DNA from: Saprospiraceae bacterium
Lineage (GTDB): Bacteria; Bacteroidota; Bacteroidia; Chitinophagales; Saprospiraceae
DNA: 64,000 nucleotides
Direction: 5' to 3'
Assembly: GCA_034439915.1 (NCBI GenBank)
Contig: JAWXBI010000131.1
Location: 701 to 64,700, forward strand
The translations under genes were made by a program, and so were the position numbers. Positions 9,701-19,879 of the stretch are shown piece after piece; within the stretch, counting starts at the first letter, position 1; each line of letters begins with the position of its first letter. A model generated the notes under the pieces. The model ran no database searches, had not been told where the DNA came from, and was given only the letters and a program-made list of their open reading frames with translations.

Positions 9701-10566
9701 CGGGTTGGACAGCAGATAAAAAAATCAACCACACCATTACCCGCCTCCTGCACAACTTCAGCATCAAATACAATGAAGAAGTAGGCCGTTACAAACGCGA
9801 AAAGTTTAACGTGAGCATAGGAGATGAATTACCGGCTGGTGTACAAAAACTGGCTAAAGTGTATATCGCTAAACGGCGTAAACTCAAAGTCGGGGACAAG
9901 ATGGCCGGTAGACATGGAAACAAAGGGATCGTATCCCGTATCGTAAGGATGGAGGATATGCCTTTCCTGGAAGATGGAACCGCAGTGGATATTGTATTAA
10001 ACCCGCTCGGAGTGCCTTCCCGTATGAACCTGGGCCAGATATTTGAAACCGTTCTGGGATGGGCCGGAGAAAAAATGGGGATCAAATTTGCTACCCCGAT
10101 TTTTGACGGTGCCAGCCTCGGTGAGATCGAAGGGTATATTGAAAAAGCCAATCTGCCCCAATATGGACAAACTTTCTTATACGACGGCGAAACCGGTGAC
10201 CGTTTCCACCAGCAAGCTACTGTAGGTGTAATCTACATGCTTAAGTTATCCCACATGGTAGATGATAAAATGCATGCGCGTTCTATCGGTCCCTACAGTC
10301 TTATTACCCAACAACCATTGGGTGGTAAAGCTCAATTCGGGGGACAACGGTTTGGTGAGATGGAAGTTTGGGCACTGGAAGCCTACGGAGCTGCACATAT
10401 CCTTCAGGAGTTGCTTACGGTTAAGTCTGATGATATTATCGGTCGGGCTAAAGCGTACGAAGCAATTGTCAAAGGAGAAAACCTTCCTGAACCCAATATT
10501 CCGGAATCTTTCAACGTATTGATCAACGAATTGCAGGGATTGGCTCTTGAAGTCAAATTTGAATAA
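6757..10566 (+). CDS. rpoB: DNA-directed RNA polymerase subunit beta
   Basis: 1269 aa; conserved '[15 protein letters not shown]' and '[13 protein letters not shown]'. Confidence 0.99.
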   Translation: MAIKKIDSKRVNFGKIKHGTESPDLLEIQLKSFQEFFQLETTPENRSNEGLYKVFQENFPITDARNIFLLEFLDYFVDPPRYTIDECMQRGLTYSVPLKAKLRLSCNDEEHVDFETIVQDVFLGNIPYMTPKGTFVINGAERVIVSQLHRSPGVFFNQTFHPNGTKIYSARVIPFKGAWMEFSTDINTVMYAYIDRKKKFPVTTLLRAIGFDSDKDILDLFGLAEEVTVTAKHLQQNIGRKLAARVLKKWTEDFVDEDTGEVVTIERNEIILERDIILDEENVQLILEAESETIILQKEEVEDDYSIIYNTLQKDPSSSELEAVQHIYRQLRGTDPPDEETARGIIDKLFFSDKRYNLGEVGRYKINKKLDQEIDLATMILTNQDIISIVKYLVLLINQKAELDDIDHLSNRRVRTVGEQLYAQFGVGLARMARTIRERMNVRDNEVFTPIDLINARTLSSVVSSFFGTSQLSQFLDQTNPLSEITHKRRISALGPGGLSRERAGFEVRDVHYSHYGRLCTIETPEGPNIGLISTLCVHAKVNKMGFLETPYRKVKNGVVETKTHAEFLSAELEDNKKIAQANSTIDEKGAFLSDRIKCRQHGDFPVLTPDEVEYIDIAPNQIVGVSASLIPFLENDDANRALMGSNMQRQAVPLINPQSPIVGTGLEGKVAVDSRMLINAEGDGTVEYVDANQIIIKYDRSEEDQLVSFEDNLKTYQLTKFQRTNQATCINLKPIVKKGDRVHAGSILCDGYATDKGELALGQNLKVAFMPWKGYNFEDAIVISERVVQQDVFSSIHIESFDLDVRETKLGDEELTNDIPNVSEEATKDLDENGIIRIGAWVNEGDILIGKITPKGESDPTPEEKLLRAIFGDKAGDVKDASLKAPPSIEGVVIDKQLFAKAKKDKIQKGQEKDVLDKLEQKHEVAVNQLKTILIDKLMRLLKGEATEGIRTIYGEQLVTKGSKFSPNMLKKVDFASVDYTGWTADKKINHTITRLLHNFSIKYNEEVGRYKREKFNVSIGDELPAGVQKLAKVYIAKRRKLKVGDKMAGRHGNKGIVSRIVRMEDMPFLEDGTAVDIVLNPLGVPSRMNLGQIFETVLGWAGEKMGIKFATPIFDGASLGEIEGYIEKANLPQYGQTFLYDGETGDRFHQQATVGVIYMLKLSHMVDDKMHARSIGPYSLITQQPLGGKAQFGGQRFGEMEVWALEAYGAAHILQELLTVKSDDIIGRAKAYEAIVKGENLPEPNIPESFNVLINELQGLALEVKFE

Positions 10567-10602
10567 TCCGGTATTTTTTAATCATTCTTAAAAATTGGAT
10601 TT

Positions 10603-13600
10603 ATGCCATTTAAAAAGAAAAGTTCTAAACATCCAAAATACTTCGATAGTATTACCATCAGCCTGTCTTCTCCGGATGATATCCTGGAAAGATCTTATGG
10701 TGAAATCCTCAAACCAGAAACCATCAATTACCGTTCGTATAAACCGGAACGCGATGGCCTTTTTTGCGAAAGGATTTTTGGCCCGGTAAAAGATTATGAA
10801 TGTTATTGCGGTAAATATAAAAGGATCCGTTACAAAGGCATTGTTTGTGATCGTTGCGGAGTAGAAGTTACGGAGAAAAAAGTGCGCAGGGAAAGAATGG
10901 GACACATCAAATTGGTGGTTCCGGTAGTCCATATCTGGTTTTTTAAATCCCTGCCCAATAAAATCGGTTATCTCCTCGGCTTATCGTCCAAAAAACTGGA
11001 GTCCATTATTTATTATGAAAGGTATGTCGTAATACAGCCGGGTATCAAAGAAAAAGATGGTACCAGCCAGTTGGACTTGTTATTAGAAGAAGAATACCTG
11101 GATATCCTGGAAGCACTGCCAAAAGAGAATCAATTTTTAGATGATTCCCATCCGGATAAGTTTATTGCAAAAATGGGCGCCACGGCAGTTAAAGAATTGT
11201 TGGAAAGGGTCAATCTGGATGACGTATCCTTCGATTTGCGACACAAGTCAGCAACTGAAAGTTCTCAGCAAAGAAAATCTGAAGCATTAAAACGACTACG
11301 CGTAGTCGAAGCATTCCGTGATGGTCAAAGGGAACAGGTCAATAAACCGGAATGGACTATAATTCAATATTTGCCGGTAATACCTCCGGAACTCAGACCG
11401 CTGGTGCCCCTGGACGGAGGCCGGTTTGCAAGTTCGGACCTGAATGACCTCTATCGCAGAGTTATTATCCGCAACAACCGGTTAAAACGATTATTGGAGA
11501 TTAAAGCACCCGAAGTCATCCTTAGAAACGAAAAAAGGATGCTTCAGGAAGCGGTAGACAGTTTATTTGACAACAGCCGGAAATCCAATGCCGTCAAAGC
11601 AGAAGGAGGACGTGCACTCAAGTCATTAAGCGATATTCTTAAAGGGAAACAAGGACGATTCCGTCAGAACCTTTTGGGTAAACGGGTGGATTATTCCGGA
11701 CGATCGGTGATCGTGGTTGGACCGACCCTCAGGCTGCATGAATGTGGCCTGCCTAAAAATATGGCTGCAGAATTGTTCAAACCGTTTATCATCCGAAAAC
11801 TGATTGAGCGGGGAATAGTAAAAACAGTAAAATCCGCTAAAAAACTGGTGGATAGAAAAGACCCGGTGATCTGGGAGATTCTGGAAAATATACTCAAAGG
11901 ACACCCGGTATTGCTCAATCGTGCTCCTACCTTGCACCGATTGTCCATACAAGCATTCCAACCCAGGTTGGTGGAAGGTAAAGCGATCCAGTTACACCCC
12001 CTGGTGTGCGGAGCATTCAATGCCGACTTTGACGGTGACCAGATGGCCGTCCATATTCCATTGAGTCAGCCCTCTATCCTGGAGGCACAGCTATTGATGC
12101 TGTCTTCACATAATATGTTGAATCCTCAGGATGGTTCACCGATCAGTTTACCTTCTCAGGACATGGTCTTGGGATTGTATTACCTGACTAAAGAGAAAAA
12201 ATCAACCGAAAAAGAAAAAGTAAGAGGGGAAGGAGCTAAGTTTTATTCCAAAGAAGAAGTGATTATTGCCTTTAATGAAGGCACTCTTGACCTGCATGCT
12301 ATGATTAAAATGCGGGCGAAAGTGGAAGATGCCGAAGGCCGTATGCAATTTAAATTGATAGATACGACTGTTGGACGTGTATTGTTCAATCAGGCAGTTC
12401 CTGAAAAAGTACCTTTCATCAACGAACTCGCCACAAAAAAAGGACTTAAAAGGATCATCAGTGATGTGATTACCAGGACGGATTTTGCTGAAACAGCGGA
12501 TTTCCTGGATGCTATCAAAGACATGGGATTCTTTTGGGCGTTCAAAGGGGGATTGTCCTTTAATCTGGGTGATTTATTGACGCCGTCTATTAAGGATGTT
12601 ACCCTCAAACAAGCTCAGTCAGAAGTCGATGAAATCTGGGAGAATTACAATATGGGGTTGATCACCAACAATGAACGGTATAACCAGATCATTGACCGTT
12701 GGACATTTGCGGACAACCGGATTACCGATAGTCTGATGAAAGAGTTCTCCAGTCACAAACAAGGATTCAATTCAGTATACATGATGCTGCATAGCGGCGC
12801 GAGGGGTTCCAAACAACAGATCAAACAGTTGTGTGGACTCCGGGGATTAATGGCCAAACCCAGAAAATCAGGAGATACCGGTGCTGCGATCATCGAAAAC
12901 CCGATTCTTTCCAACTTCCTGGATGGATTGTCAGTATTGGAATACTTTATTTCTACCCACGGGGCTAGAAAAGGTCTTGCTGATACTGCTTTAAAAACAG
13001 CAGATGCCGGTTACCTGACCCGCAGGTTGGTGGATGTTTCTCAGGATGTCGTGATCAATGAAGTGGATTGTGGTACCCTCAGAGGAATCGAAACAGCTGC
13101 GTTAAAAGACAATGAAAAAATCATTGAATCATTAGCATCAAGGATCCAGGGACGGTACAACCTGCATACTATTTACAACCCGGTAACCGAAGAAGTGATA
13201 CTGGAGCCTGCTGAGTATATCGATGATAAAACAGCCGAAATCATTGAAGAGTCGGGTATTGAAGCCGTAGCGATTCGTTCCGTATTGACTTGTGAAGCCA
13301 GAAGAGGTGTTTGTACCAAGTGTTATGGTAAAAACCTGGCCAGTGGAAGGATTGCAGAAGCCGGTGATGCCGTCGGTATCATTGCCGCGCAGTCTATCGG
13401 TGAACCCGGTACGCAGCTTACCCTGAGAACTTTCCACGTGGGTGGTATAGCTTCCATTTCCAAGACCGAAACGGAATTGGTGGCCAAATTTGATGGAGTG
13501 GTGGAATTTGATAATGTAACGTTTACTTCTGTAAAGGAAGAAGATCAAAAAACCAATATCATTCTATCCAGATCTGGTGAAATCAGGGTGGTAGATCCTA

Positions 13601-14886
13601 AAACCAAAAAACAACTGGGAGCAGCCCACGTTCCGTATGGTGCTTCATTGAAAGTAAAAGACGGCCAATCGGTGAAGAAAGGAGATTTAATCTGCGAATG
13701 GGATCCGTTTAATGCGGTGATAGTATCTGAATTTGCAGGTATTGCTCAATTCAATGAGATCGAAGAAGGTATCACCTTCCGAATGGAAAGGGATGACCAG
13801 ACAGGATATTCAGAGAAAGTAATTATCGATGCCAAAAACAAGAAAAAAGTACCTGTAATCAAAATAGTGGATAAAAACGGCGAAGATCTTAAACAATATA
13901 CTTTACCGGTAGGTGCCTATATTTCCATCAGTGATGGAGATGCCGTCACCGCAGGTCAGAAAATTGTAAAGATTCCAAGGAAACTGGGTAAGATCCAGGA
14001 TATCACCGGAGGTCTTCCCCGCGTTACCGAATTGTTCGAAGCCAGAAATCCTTCTAATCCTGCTACGGTCGCTGAAATCGATGGGATCGTGACATTTGGA
14101 AAGATCAAACGGGGTAACCGCGAGGTGATGATCGAAGATGAGAAAACAGGTCAAAAAAGTAAATACCTTATCGGACTCTCTAAACACTTACTCGTACAGG
14201 AAGGAGACTTTGTACGATCCGGTACGCCAATTACAGATGGTACCATTGCAGCCAGGGATATCCTTCATATCAAAGGGCCCTATGCCGTTCAATCCCACCT
14301 GGTCAACGGGGTACAGGAAGTTTACCGCTCACAGGGTATAAACATCAATGACAAACATATTGAAGTCATCGTACGTCAGATGATGCGCAGGGTACAAATC
14401 GAAGATCCCGGCGACACACATTTTCTGGAGAGTGAAGCCGTTGATAAACATGAATTCAACGAACACAACGATTGGATATTTGACAAAAAATTTGTTACGG
14501 AAGCAGGAGACAGCACCAAACTGAAACCAGGTGCTTTGGTTACCATTCGCCAGATCCGCGAAGAAAACAGCTTGTTAAAACGAAATGACAAGAAGCTGGT
14601 AGAATATAGGGATGCCTTATCTGCTACTTCCAGTCCTTTACTGCTGGGTATTACTAAGAGCTCTCTGGGTACTGAAAGCTGGATCTCTGCAGCCTCCTTC
14701 CAGGAAACGACGAAAGTGCTTTCACAAGCTGCGATTGCCGCTTCCAAGGATATCCTCAATGGATTGAAAGAAAATGTTATTGTCGGTAAACGAATCCCGG
14801 CAGGTACCGGAATGAGGCATTTTGAGCGACTGATTGTCACCGCGGAAGACAGTCTTCTCGAACTCGATGCCGTAAGTCAGGATTAA
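10603..14886 (+). CDS. rpoC: DNA-directed RNA polymerase subunit beta'
   Basis: 1427 aa. Zinc-binding '[20 protein letters not shown]' and catalytic '[12 protein letters not shown]'. Confidence 0.99.
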   Translation: MPFKKKSSKHPKYFDSITISLSSPDDILERSYGEILKPETINYRSYKPERDGLFCERIFGPVKDYECYCGKYKRIRYKGIVCDRCGVEVTEKKVRRERMGHIKLVVPVVHIWFFKSLPNKIGYLLGLSSKKLESIIYYERYVVIQPGIKEKDGTSQLDLLLEEEYLDILEALPKENQFLDDSHPDKFIAKMGATAVKELLERVNLDDVSFDLRHKSATESSQQRKSEALKRLRVVEAFRDGQREQVNKPEWTIIQYLPVIPPELRPLVPLDGGRFASSDLNDLYRRVIIRNNRLKRLLEIKAPEVILRNEKRMLQEAVDSLFDNSRKSNAVKAEGGRALKSLSDILKGKQGRFRQNLLGKRVDYSGRSVIVVGPTLRLHECGLPKNMAAELFKPFIIRKLIERGIVKTVKSAKKLVDRKDPVIWEILENILKGHPVLLNRAPTLHRLSIQAFQPRLVEGKAIQLHPLVCGAFNADFDGDQMAVHIPLSQPSILEAQLLMLSSHNMLNPQDGSPISLPSQDMVLGLYYLTKEKKSTEKEKVRGEGAKFYSKEEVIIAFNEGTLDLHAMIKMRAKVEDAEGRMQFKLIDTTVGRVLFNQAVPEKVPFINELATKKGLKRIISDVITRTDFAETADFLDAIKDMGFFWAFKGGLSFNLGDLLTPSIKDVTLKQAQSEVDEIWENYNMGLITNNERYNQIIDRWTFADNRITDSLMKEFSSHKQGFNSVYMMLHSGARGSKQQIKQLCGLRGLMAKPRKSGDTGAAIIENPILSNFLDGLSVLEYFISTHGARKGLADTALKTADAGYLTRRLVDVSQDVVINEVDCGTLRGIETAALKDNEKIIESLASRIQGRYNLHTIYNPVTEEVILEPAEYIDDKTAEIIEESGIEAVAIRSVLTCEARRGVCTKCYGKNLASGRIAEAGDAVGIIAAQSIGEPGTQLTLRTFHVGGIASISKTETELVAKFDGVVEFDNVTFTSVKEEDQKTNIILSRSGEIRVVDPKTKKQLGAAHVPYGASLKVKDGQSVKKGDLICEWDPFNAVIVSEFAGIAQFNEIEEGITFRMERDDQTGYSEKVIIDAKNKKKVPVIKIVDKNGEDLKQYTLPVGAYISISDGDAVTAGQKIVKIPRKLGKIQDITGGLPRVTELFEARNPSNPATVAEIDGIVTFGKIKRGNREVMIEDEKTGQKSKYLIGLSKHLLVQEGDFVRSGTPITDGTIAARDILHIKGPYAVQSHLVNGVQEVYRSQGININDKHIEVIVRQMMRRVQIEDPGDTHFLESEAVDKHEFNEHNDWIFDKKFVTEAGDSTKLKPGALVTIRQIREENSLLKRNDKKLVEYRDALSATSSPLLLGITKSSLGTESWISAASFQETTKVLSQAAIAASKDILNGLKENVIVGKRIPAGTGMRHFERLIVTAEDSLLELDAVSQD

Positions 14887-14910
14887 TTACCATACTGTAA
14901 TGATTATACA

Positions 14911-14941
14911 AAAGGGAGTTAGTGAATCTGACTCCCTTTTT
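14911..14941. terminator. bidirectional intrinsic terminator shared by rpoC (+) and the RNase H gene (-)
   Basis: 9-bp stem 'GGGAGTTAG'/'CTGACTCCC' (one G-U pair) with a 5-nt loop, flanked by AAA on the left and TTTTT on the right. The T-run overlaps the RNase H stop codon (14940-14942). Confidence 0.8.
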
Positions 14942-15560
14942 ATTTCCTGCCGAAATCAGCGGGATTTTCACCCCATCCTTCCGTGTCCCATTTAAGTAAT
15001 TTATTGGCATAGGTGTTGTTGTCCAGCCAATCCAGGGCGCGATCTACCAGCGCAAATAAAACTACGTTCTTTCTGGATTTTACCAGGTTTGTTTTGATCC
15101 GTTTATTCCGCACCCAGCTCAATCCGGTAATGGAATCGGAATAAACAGCAGTCTGTGGTCTGTTATGCTGTTTTAACCAGGCCAACGCGTGAACAATAGC
15201 GAGGAATTCTCCAATGTTTACCGTGCCTTCCTCAAAAGGGCCCTGGTGGAAGAGTTTTATTCCATGGTGGGGATCTACACCTTGATATTCCAGGATACCG
15301 GGATTGCCTTCACAAGCAGCATCTACTGCTATGGAATCTTTAACTATCCGGGTCAGGTTTTTAGTTTTAGGTGCCCGGACCATTCGTTTGTAAAACATGG
15401 GTTTTTGCCGGTAAGCGTGGTTTGCTTCCTCCAGGCTGTCAAAAGACTTATATCTTGCATTGGGATAGTTTTTTACCTGGGCTTCGCATTTTTTCCAATC
15501 GTCAAATATGCCCGTGTTGTGGCCGTCCCAAACCACATAATATTTTTGTTTCTTCGCCAT
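14940..15560 (-). CDS. rnhA: ribonuclease H1 with N-terminal hybrid-binding (Cauli_VI-like) domain
   Basis: 206 aa. N-terminal 'YYVVWDGHNTGIFDDWKKCEAQVKNYPNARYKSFDSLEEA' matches the RNase H1 hybrid-binding domain. The C-terminal RNase H fold has 'AVDAACEGNPG', 'GEFLAIVHAL', 'VYSDS'. Confidence 0.8.
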   Translation of the reverse strand: MAKKQKYYVVWDGHNTGIFDDWKKCEAQVKNYPNARYKSFDSLEEANHAYRQKPMFYKRMVRAPKTKNLTRIVKDSIAVDAACEGNPGILEYQGVDPHHGIKLFHQGPFEEGTVNIGEFLAIVHALAWLKQHNRPQTAVYSDSITGLSWVRNKRIKTNLVKSRKNVVLFALVDRALDWLDNNTYANKLLKWDTEGWGENPADFGRK

Positions 15561-15588
15561 AGTGATCGAATATCAAATATAAGTCAAG

Positions 15589-16404
15589 ATGTTTATTGAT
15601 ACCCACGCCCATCTGTATGCTTCAGAATTTGATGCTGATAGAATGGAGATGATTCACCGGGCTGAGGATGCCGGGGTAGGGCGGATTTATCTTCCTAATG
15701 TGGATGTCACGACGATAGATGCGTTGTCCACGGTTCACCAAATGGCGCCGGCTTTGCTTTTTCCTCTGATGGGCTTGCATCCCTGCAGTGTAAAACCGGA
15801 TTACATCGATCAACTGAAACGAATTGAATCTGCTTTGAGCAACGGAAATTATTATGGCATTGGGGAAATCGGGATCGATTTGTATTGGGATCCGGCGAGC
15901 CTGCCCGACCAAAAGGATGCATTTAAGATCCAGTGTCAGTGGGCTCATGATTTGAACTTGCCGGTTATTATTCATAGCCGGGATGCCGTAGAGGTGGTGA
16001 TTGAGCTAATAGAAAAAATGCAGCAGCGACCTTTAAAAGGGGTTTTTCATTGTTTTGGCGGCAACCTGGACCAGGCACGCAGAATTGAAGCGCTTGGCGA
16101 ATATTATTTTGGTCTTGGAGGGGTGATTACATTTAAAAACTCAGGACTTGGCGAGATGGTCTCCAGCCTCCCTTTGGAAAAGGTGGTGCTGGAAACTGAC
16201 GCTCCTTACCTGGCACCAGCTCCGTTCCGGGGAAAACGCAATGAATCCGCTTATCTTGTGCCCATAGCAAAAAAACTGGCTGCACTGCGAGGCGTATTGT
16301 TAGAAATAATTGAGGACCAAACTACTATAAATGCATTAAATCTATATTCAAAAAATGGAGCCTCAAGGGCACACCACTCCGGTCAAAAAATGAATCCTCA
16401 TTAG
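15589..16404 (+). CDS. TatD-family metal-dependent hydrolase/DNase
   Basis: 271 aa. 'FIDTHAHL' N-terminal metal-binding motif, 'IGEIGIDLYW', 'IHSRDA', 'FHCFGG', 'LETDAPYL'. Confidence 0.9.
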   Translation: MFIDTHAHLYASEFDADRMEMIHRAEDAGVGRIYLPNVDVTTIDALSTVHQMAPALLFPLMGLHPCSVKPDYIDQLKRIESALSNGNYYGIGEIGIDLYWDPASLPDQKDAFKIQCQWAHDLNLPVIIHSRDAVEVVIELIEKMQQRPLKGVFHCFGGNLDQARRIEALGEYYFGLGGVITFKNSGLGEMVSSLPLEKVVLETDAPYLAPAPFRGKRNESAYLVPIAKKLAALRGVLLEIIEDQTTINALNLYSKNGASRAHHSGQKMNPH

Positions 16405-16484
16405 AAGGTGGAGGAATCCGGGAATTGGATTTGGTTTAACGCGTTATTTTTATCAACTTTGCCCCGGCTTAGTAGTCCTCATCC

Positions 16485-16572
16485 GGAAGGTTGCAAGAGT
16501 GGTTTAATTGGCACGCCTGGAAAGTGTGTGTACATCAAAAGTGTACCTAGGGTTCGAATCCCTAACCTTCCG
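16485..16572 (+). tRNA. tRNA-Ser (anticodon GGA), class II
   Basis: Acceptor GGAAGGT/ACCTTCC, anticodon arm CACGC-CTGGAAA-GTGTG (one G-U pair), long variable arm (GTACA...TGTAC), T-arm TAGGG-TTCGAAT-CCCTA. Confidence 0.85.
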
Positions 16573-16731
16573 CTCTAAATTCCTGCTTTTTAGGTTTTTG
16601 GCAATAAATCAGGCCGTTTTTTGAATTGAATATTCCCTTAACTTTTTGGTAAAAGAAATATTTTATAAATGGTGGGACTTTAATAATATTTTATATTTTT
16701 AAGCCTTCAAAAAAATTAAAACATTAAACTT

Positions 16732-17475
16732 ATGCGAAAGATTGCTTTACTTTTTACTCTTGTTTTAGTTGCCTTTTTTGTTGGCAACCTGGAGTTACTG
16801 GCACAAGATCCGGCAGCTACGACCACCGTTGCAGCTCCTTCTACCGGGTTTCAGATGTTGAAAGAAAAATTTATTGAGGGTGGTTGGCAGTGGATGGCTC
16901 CTATCCTTTTTGTATTTGTATTAGGTCTTGCCTTTTGTATTGAAAGAGTTATTACCTTAAACGTAGCTACAGTCAATACCGATAAATTATTGTCTAAAAT
17001 TGATGACCGGTTGCAATCCAATGATGTAGAAGGAGCAATCGAAGTTTGCAAAGCTACACCTGGACCAGCAGCTTCAACCTTATTAGAAGGACTCCGTCAT
17101 GCCGACAAAGGACCGGATGCTGTTGAAAAAGCAATTTCAGCATATGGGGGCATGCAAATGAGTTTATTGGAAAGAGGGTTGGTATGGATTTCGCTTTTTA
17201 TTGCTTTAGCACCGATGCTCGGGTTCTTAGGGACAGTGGTTGGGATGGTAAACGCATTTGACCGGATTGAAGCGGCAGGTGATATTTCTCCAACCATCGT
17301 AGCAGGGGGTATTAAAGTGGCCTTGTTGACCACCATCTTTGGTTTGATCTCAGCAATTGTGTTGCAGATATTTTATAATTATATCGTTACCAAAATCGAT
17401 ACCATCACGCATAAAATGGAAGAAAGCAGCATAGGCTTATTGGATATATTGGCTAAAAACAAGTTTTTTAAATAG
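16732..17475 (+). CDS. MotA/TolQ/ExbB-family proton channel protein
   Basis: 247 aa. Signal-like N-terminus and C-terminal channel motifs 'IALAPMLGFLGTVVGMVNAF' and 'GGIKVALLTTIFGLISAI'. Confidence 0.9.
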   Translation: MRKIALLFTLVLVAFFVGNLELLAQDPAATTTVAAPSTGFQMLKEKFIEGGWQWMAPILFVFVLGLAFCIERVITLNVATVNTDKLLSKIDDRLQSNDVEGAIEVCKATPGPAASTLLEGLRHADKGPDAVEKAISAYGGMQMSLLERGLVWISLFIALAPMLGFLGTVVGMVNAFDRIEAAGDISPTIVAGGIKVALLTTIFGLISAIVLQIFYNYIVTKIDTITHKMEESSIGLLDILAKNKFFK

Positions 17476-17524
17476 GGAGATTATCAGAAAATAATACCTG
17501 TATTAAAAAATTAAAAATCACAAA

Positions 17525-18004
17525 ATGGTAAATTTATATAAATTATTGTCCACGAGGGGCACCTTGTTTGCCTTCTTACTCGGGCTGGTATGTATAATCA
17601 TTTTCGCCATTCCAATATTTGGCGGTATTAATTCATTCAATTCGCTTGCCCCAGAACAACAAAAAACCAGTAATATTTTTAATACCGGGATTGTATTGAT
17701 GCTGGTATTATTAGCCGCTGCGGTTATTGTAACCGTATTTTGGGCTATAGCTCAAATGGCTATGAACCCATCGGGTGCAAAATATGGGTTGATATGGTTG
17801 GCGTTATTTGTGGGATTGTTCGCTCTGGGTTATTTTGTTCTAAATAGTCCGGACAACCAAGCCATTTTAGATGATTTAAAAACCAATGATGTCAGTGCCG
17901 GTTTGAGCAAATATATTGGAGGGGGAATTTGGGTAATGTTGCTGATGATATTTGCAGCATTTGGAATTTTTATATTTTCTGAAGTAAGGAATTTATTTAA
18001 ATAA
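17525..18004 (+). CDS. hypothetical integral membrane protein (4 predicted TM helices)
   Basis: 159-aa ORF inserted between the ExbB-like and ExbD-like genes on the same strand with short spacers. It has four hydrophobic segments and no motif I recognise. Confidence 0.6.
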   Translation: MVNLYKLLSTRGTLFAFLLGLVCIIIFAIPIFGGINSFNSLAPEQQKTSNIFNTGIVLMLVLLAAAVIVTVFWAIAQMAMNPSGAKYGLIWLALFVGLFALGYFVLNSPDNQAILDDLKTNDVSAGLSKYIGGGIWVMLLMIFAAFGIFIFSEVRNLFK

Positions 18005-18018
18005 TAAACCAACCGAAC

Positions 18019-18570
18019 ATGTTTGTAAAAAAGAAAAAACGAAATCCCGAAATCAATGCCAGTTCAATGGCCGACATAGCCTTCCTGCTCTTGATTTTCT
18101 TTTTGGTTACTACCAATATCGTCGAAGATAAAGGGGTTTTAGTGAGATTACCCCAATGGTCAGAAGAACCTCCGGAGGATTTAACACTCAACACCCGGAA
18201 TGTATTCACGGTGTTGGTCAACGCACAGGATCAATTGTTGGTCAGAGGTGAACTGGTTAAAATCCAGGACTTAAAGACCCGTGCTAAGGAGTTTATTATG
18301 AACCCCACAAAACGAGAGGATTTAGCTGAATCCGCCAAAGAAGCCATCATATCCTTAAAAAATGACCGTGGCACTCACTTTAAACAATACCTTGCCGTAT
18401 ACAATGAATTAAAGGCCGCCTATTCTGAACTCTGGAATGAAGAAGCAAAAAAGCGGTTCCGGAAAGACAGTATAGAAGAATGTAATAAAGAACAACAAAA
18501 TGAGATAAAGAGGGAAATTCCGTTTGTCATTTCTGAAGCAGAACCTACTTCATTTGGGGATGAAAAATAA
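18019..18570 (+). CDS. ExbD/TolR-family biopolymer transport protein (long, charged C-terminal tail)
   Basis: 183 aa. N-terminal 'INASSMADIAFLLLIFFLVTT' is the ExbD/TolR TM signature. Lys/Glu-rich C-terminus. Confidence 0.85.
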   Translation: MFVKKKKRNPEINASSMADIAFLLLIFFLVTTNIVEDKGVLVRLPQWSEEPPEDLTLNTRNVFTVLVNAQDQLLVRGELVKIQDLKTRAKEFIMNPTKREDLAESAKEAIISLKNDRGTHFKQYLAVYNELKAAYSELWNEEAKKRFRKDSIEECNKEQQNEIKREIPFVISEAEPTSFGDEK

Positions 18571-18600
18571 ATTATATTCATTGGTAACTAATCTATCGAA

Positions 18601-19080
18601 ATGAGCAAATTTTCAACCAAACGATCTAATACAGTCCCCACCATATCCACCTCATCCTTGCCGGATATTATATTTATTCTTTTATTCTTCTTTATGGTGG
18701 TGGTTAAACTCCGGGAGTCTAACCTCAAAGTCAAAACCATTACTCCTTACGCTACTGAATTGACCAAATTAGAAAGAAAGTCCCTCGTAAATACCATGTA
18801 CATCGGTCGGCCGACCCCACAGTATGCTCCGATTTACGGATCTAAACCCCGGCTTCAGTTGAATGATAAGATTTCTAACCTCAATGAAATACCATTATTC
18901 CTGGAAAGACATAAAGTAAAATTGCCGGAAGGACAACGTCCCGGTATCACGACTTCATTAAAAGTAGACGGAGATGTTACCATGGGTTTTGTGAGTGATG
19001 TCAAAACTGAACTGCGTAAAGCCGGTCAGCTTAAAATCAATTATTCCGCAAAGAAAAGAACCGAGCGTTCCGGTTATTAA
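18601..19080 (+). CDS. ExbD/TolR-family biopolymer transport protein
   Basis: 159 aa; 'ISTSSLPDIIFILLFFFMVV' TM signature; second ExbD paralog in tandem. Confidence 0.85.
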   Translation: MSKFSTKRSNTVPTISTSSLPDIIFILLFFFMVVVKLRESNLKVKTITPYATELTKLERKSLVNTMYIGRPTPQYAPIYGSKPRLQLNDKISNLNEIPLFLERHKVKLPEGQRPGITTSLKVDGDVTMGFVSDVKTELRKAGQLKINYSAKKRTERSGY

Positions 19081-19103
19081 AAATAAAGTAAATCAACTCA
19101 TTG

Positions 19104-19140
19104 AGGCTTTTCATTAAAAATGGAAAGCCTTTTTGCTTTT
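19104..19140 (+). terminator. intrinsic terminator after the ExbBD cluster
   Basis: 9-bp stem 'AGGCTTTTC'/'GGAAAGCCT' (one G-U pair) with a 9-nt loop, followed by 'TTTTGCTTTT'. Confidence 0.7.
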
Positions 19141-19151
19141 ATAGCCGTGGC

Positions 19152-19874
19152 TTAAAGCCGATTTTTCTCAATCACTTTTTCTAACTCGTCCCGATAATTT
19201 TTTCCAACCGGAAGGAGTTTGGGTTGCCCTTTTTCAGTAACCTCCACCATATTACCAATGACAGCATTGATTTTTTCCAGGTTGATGATATATGACCGGT
19301 GGATCCGCATAAACGTTGGCTGAGGTAATTTCTCTTCCAGACTTTTCATGGTCTGTAAAGTAATGATGCGCCCGGTATCGGTTTTAATGATGACATAATC
19401 CTTGAGACCTTCGACATATTGAATCTCGTTGTAACGGAGCCGGATAAGTTTTTTATCGGCTTTTACAAAAATAAAGTCCGGCCCATCCTCCGGCTCCTCA
19501 GTTTCAGCTGCGGTTTTGTTTCCTGCATCCAGCGCTTTATTGACCGCTTTAAGAAAACGATCAAAGGAAATGGGTTTGAGGAGGTAGTCGACCGCATTAA
19601 GTTCAAATCCCTCCAGGGCGTATTGGCTATAGGCAGTAGTAAAAATGACTTTTGGAGGCCGGGACAGGGAACGGATAAAATCTATCCCGGTCAGCTGGGG
19701 CATCTGTATATCCAGGAAAATCAATTCAATGTCGTTTTTACGAATAGCTTCCCCTGCTTCGAAGGCATTCTGGCATTTGGCGATCAGTTTGAGTTGGGGC
19801 GTTTTACTGATAAATTCTTCGAGGACATCCAGCGCTAAAGGTTCGTCATCGACAATGATGGTTTTCATGGGCAA
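19152..19874 (-). CDS. LytR/AlgR-family (LytTR) response regulator
   Basis: 240 aa. Receiver motifs 'IIVDDEPLALDVL' and 'IFLDIQMPQLTGIDF'; C-terminal LytTR domain 'IHRSYIINLEKI'. Confidence 0.92.
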   Translation of the reverse strand: MPMKTIIVDDEPLALDVLEEFISKTPQLKLIAKCQNAFEAGEAIRKNDIELIFLDIQMPQLTGIDFIRSLSRPPKVIFTTAYSQYALEGFELNAVDYLLKPISFDRFLKAVNKALDAGNKTAAETEEPEDGPDFIFVKADKKLIRLRYNEIQYVEGLKDYVIIKTDTGRIITLQTMKSLEEKLPQPTFMRIHRSYIINLEKINAVIGNMVEVTEKGQPKLLPVGKNYRDELEKVIEKNRL

Positions 19875-19879
19875 AAAGA

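Noticed and set aside
2468-14840. Numerous antisense or out-of-frame ORFs inside tuf, rplA, rplL, rpoB and rpoC (e.g. 2468-3136, 5122-5538, 9147-9617, 14376-14840).
   Set aside because: Each is fully contained in a highly conserved housekeeping gene on the other strand or frame. They show Ser/Pro/Arg-rich shadow composition, so they are ordinary shadow ORFs.
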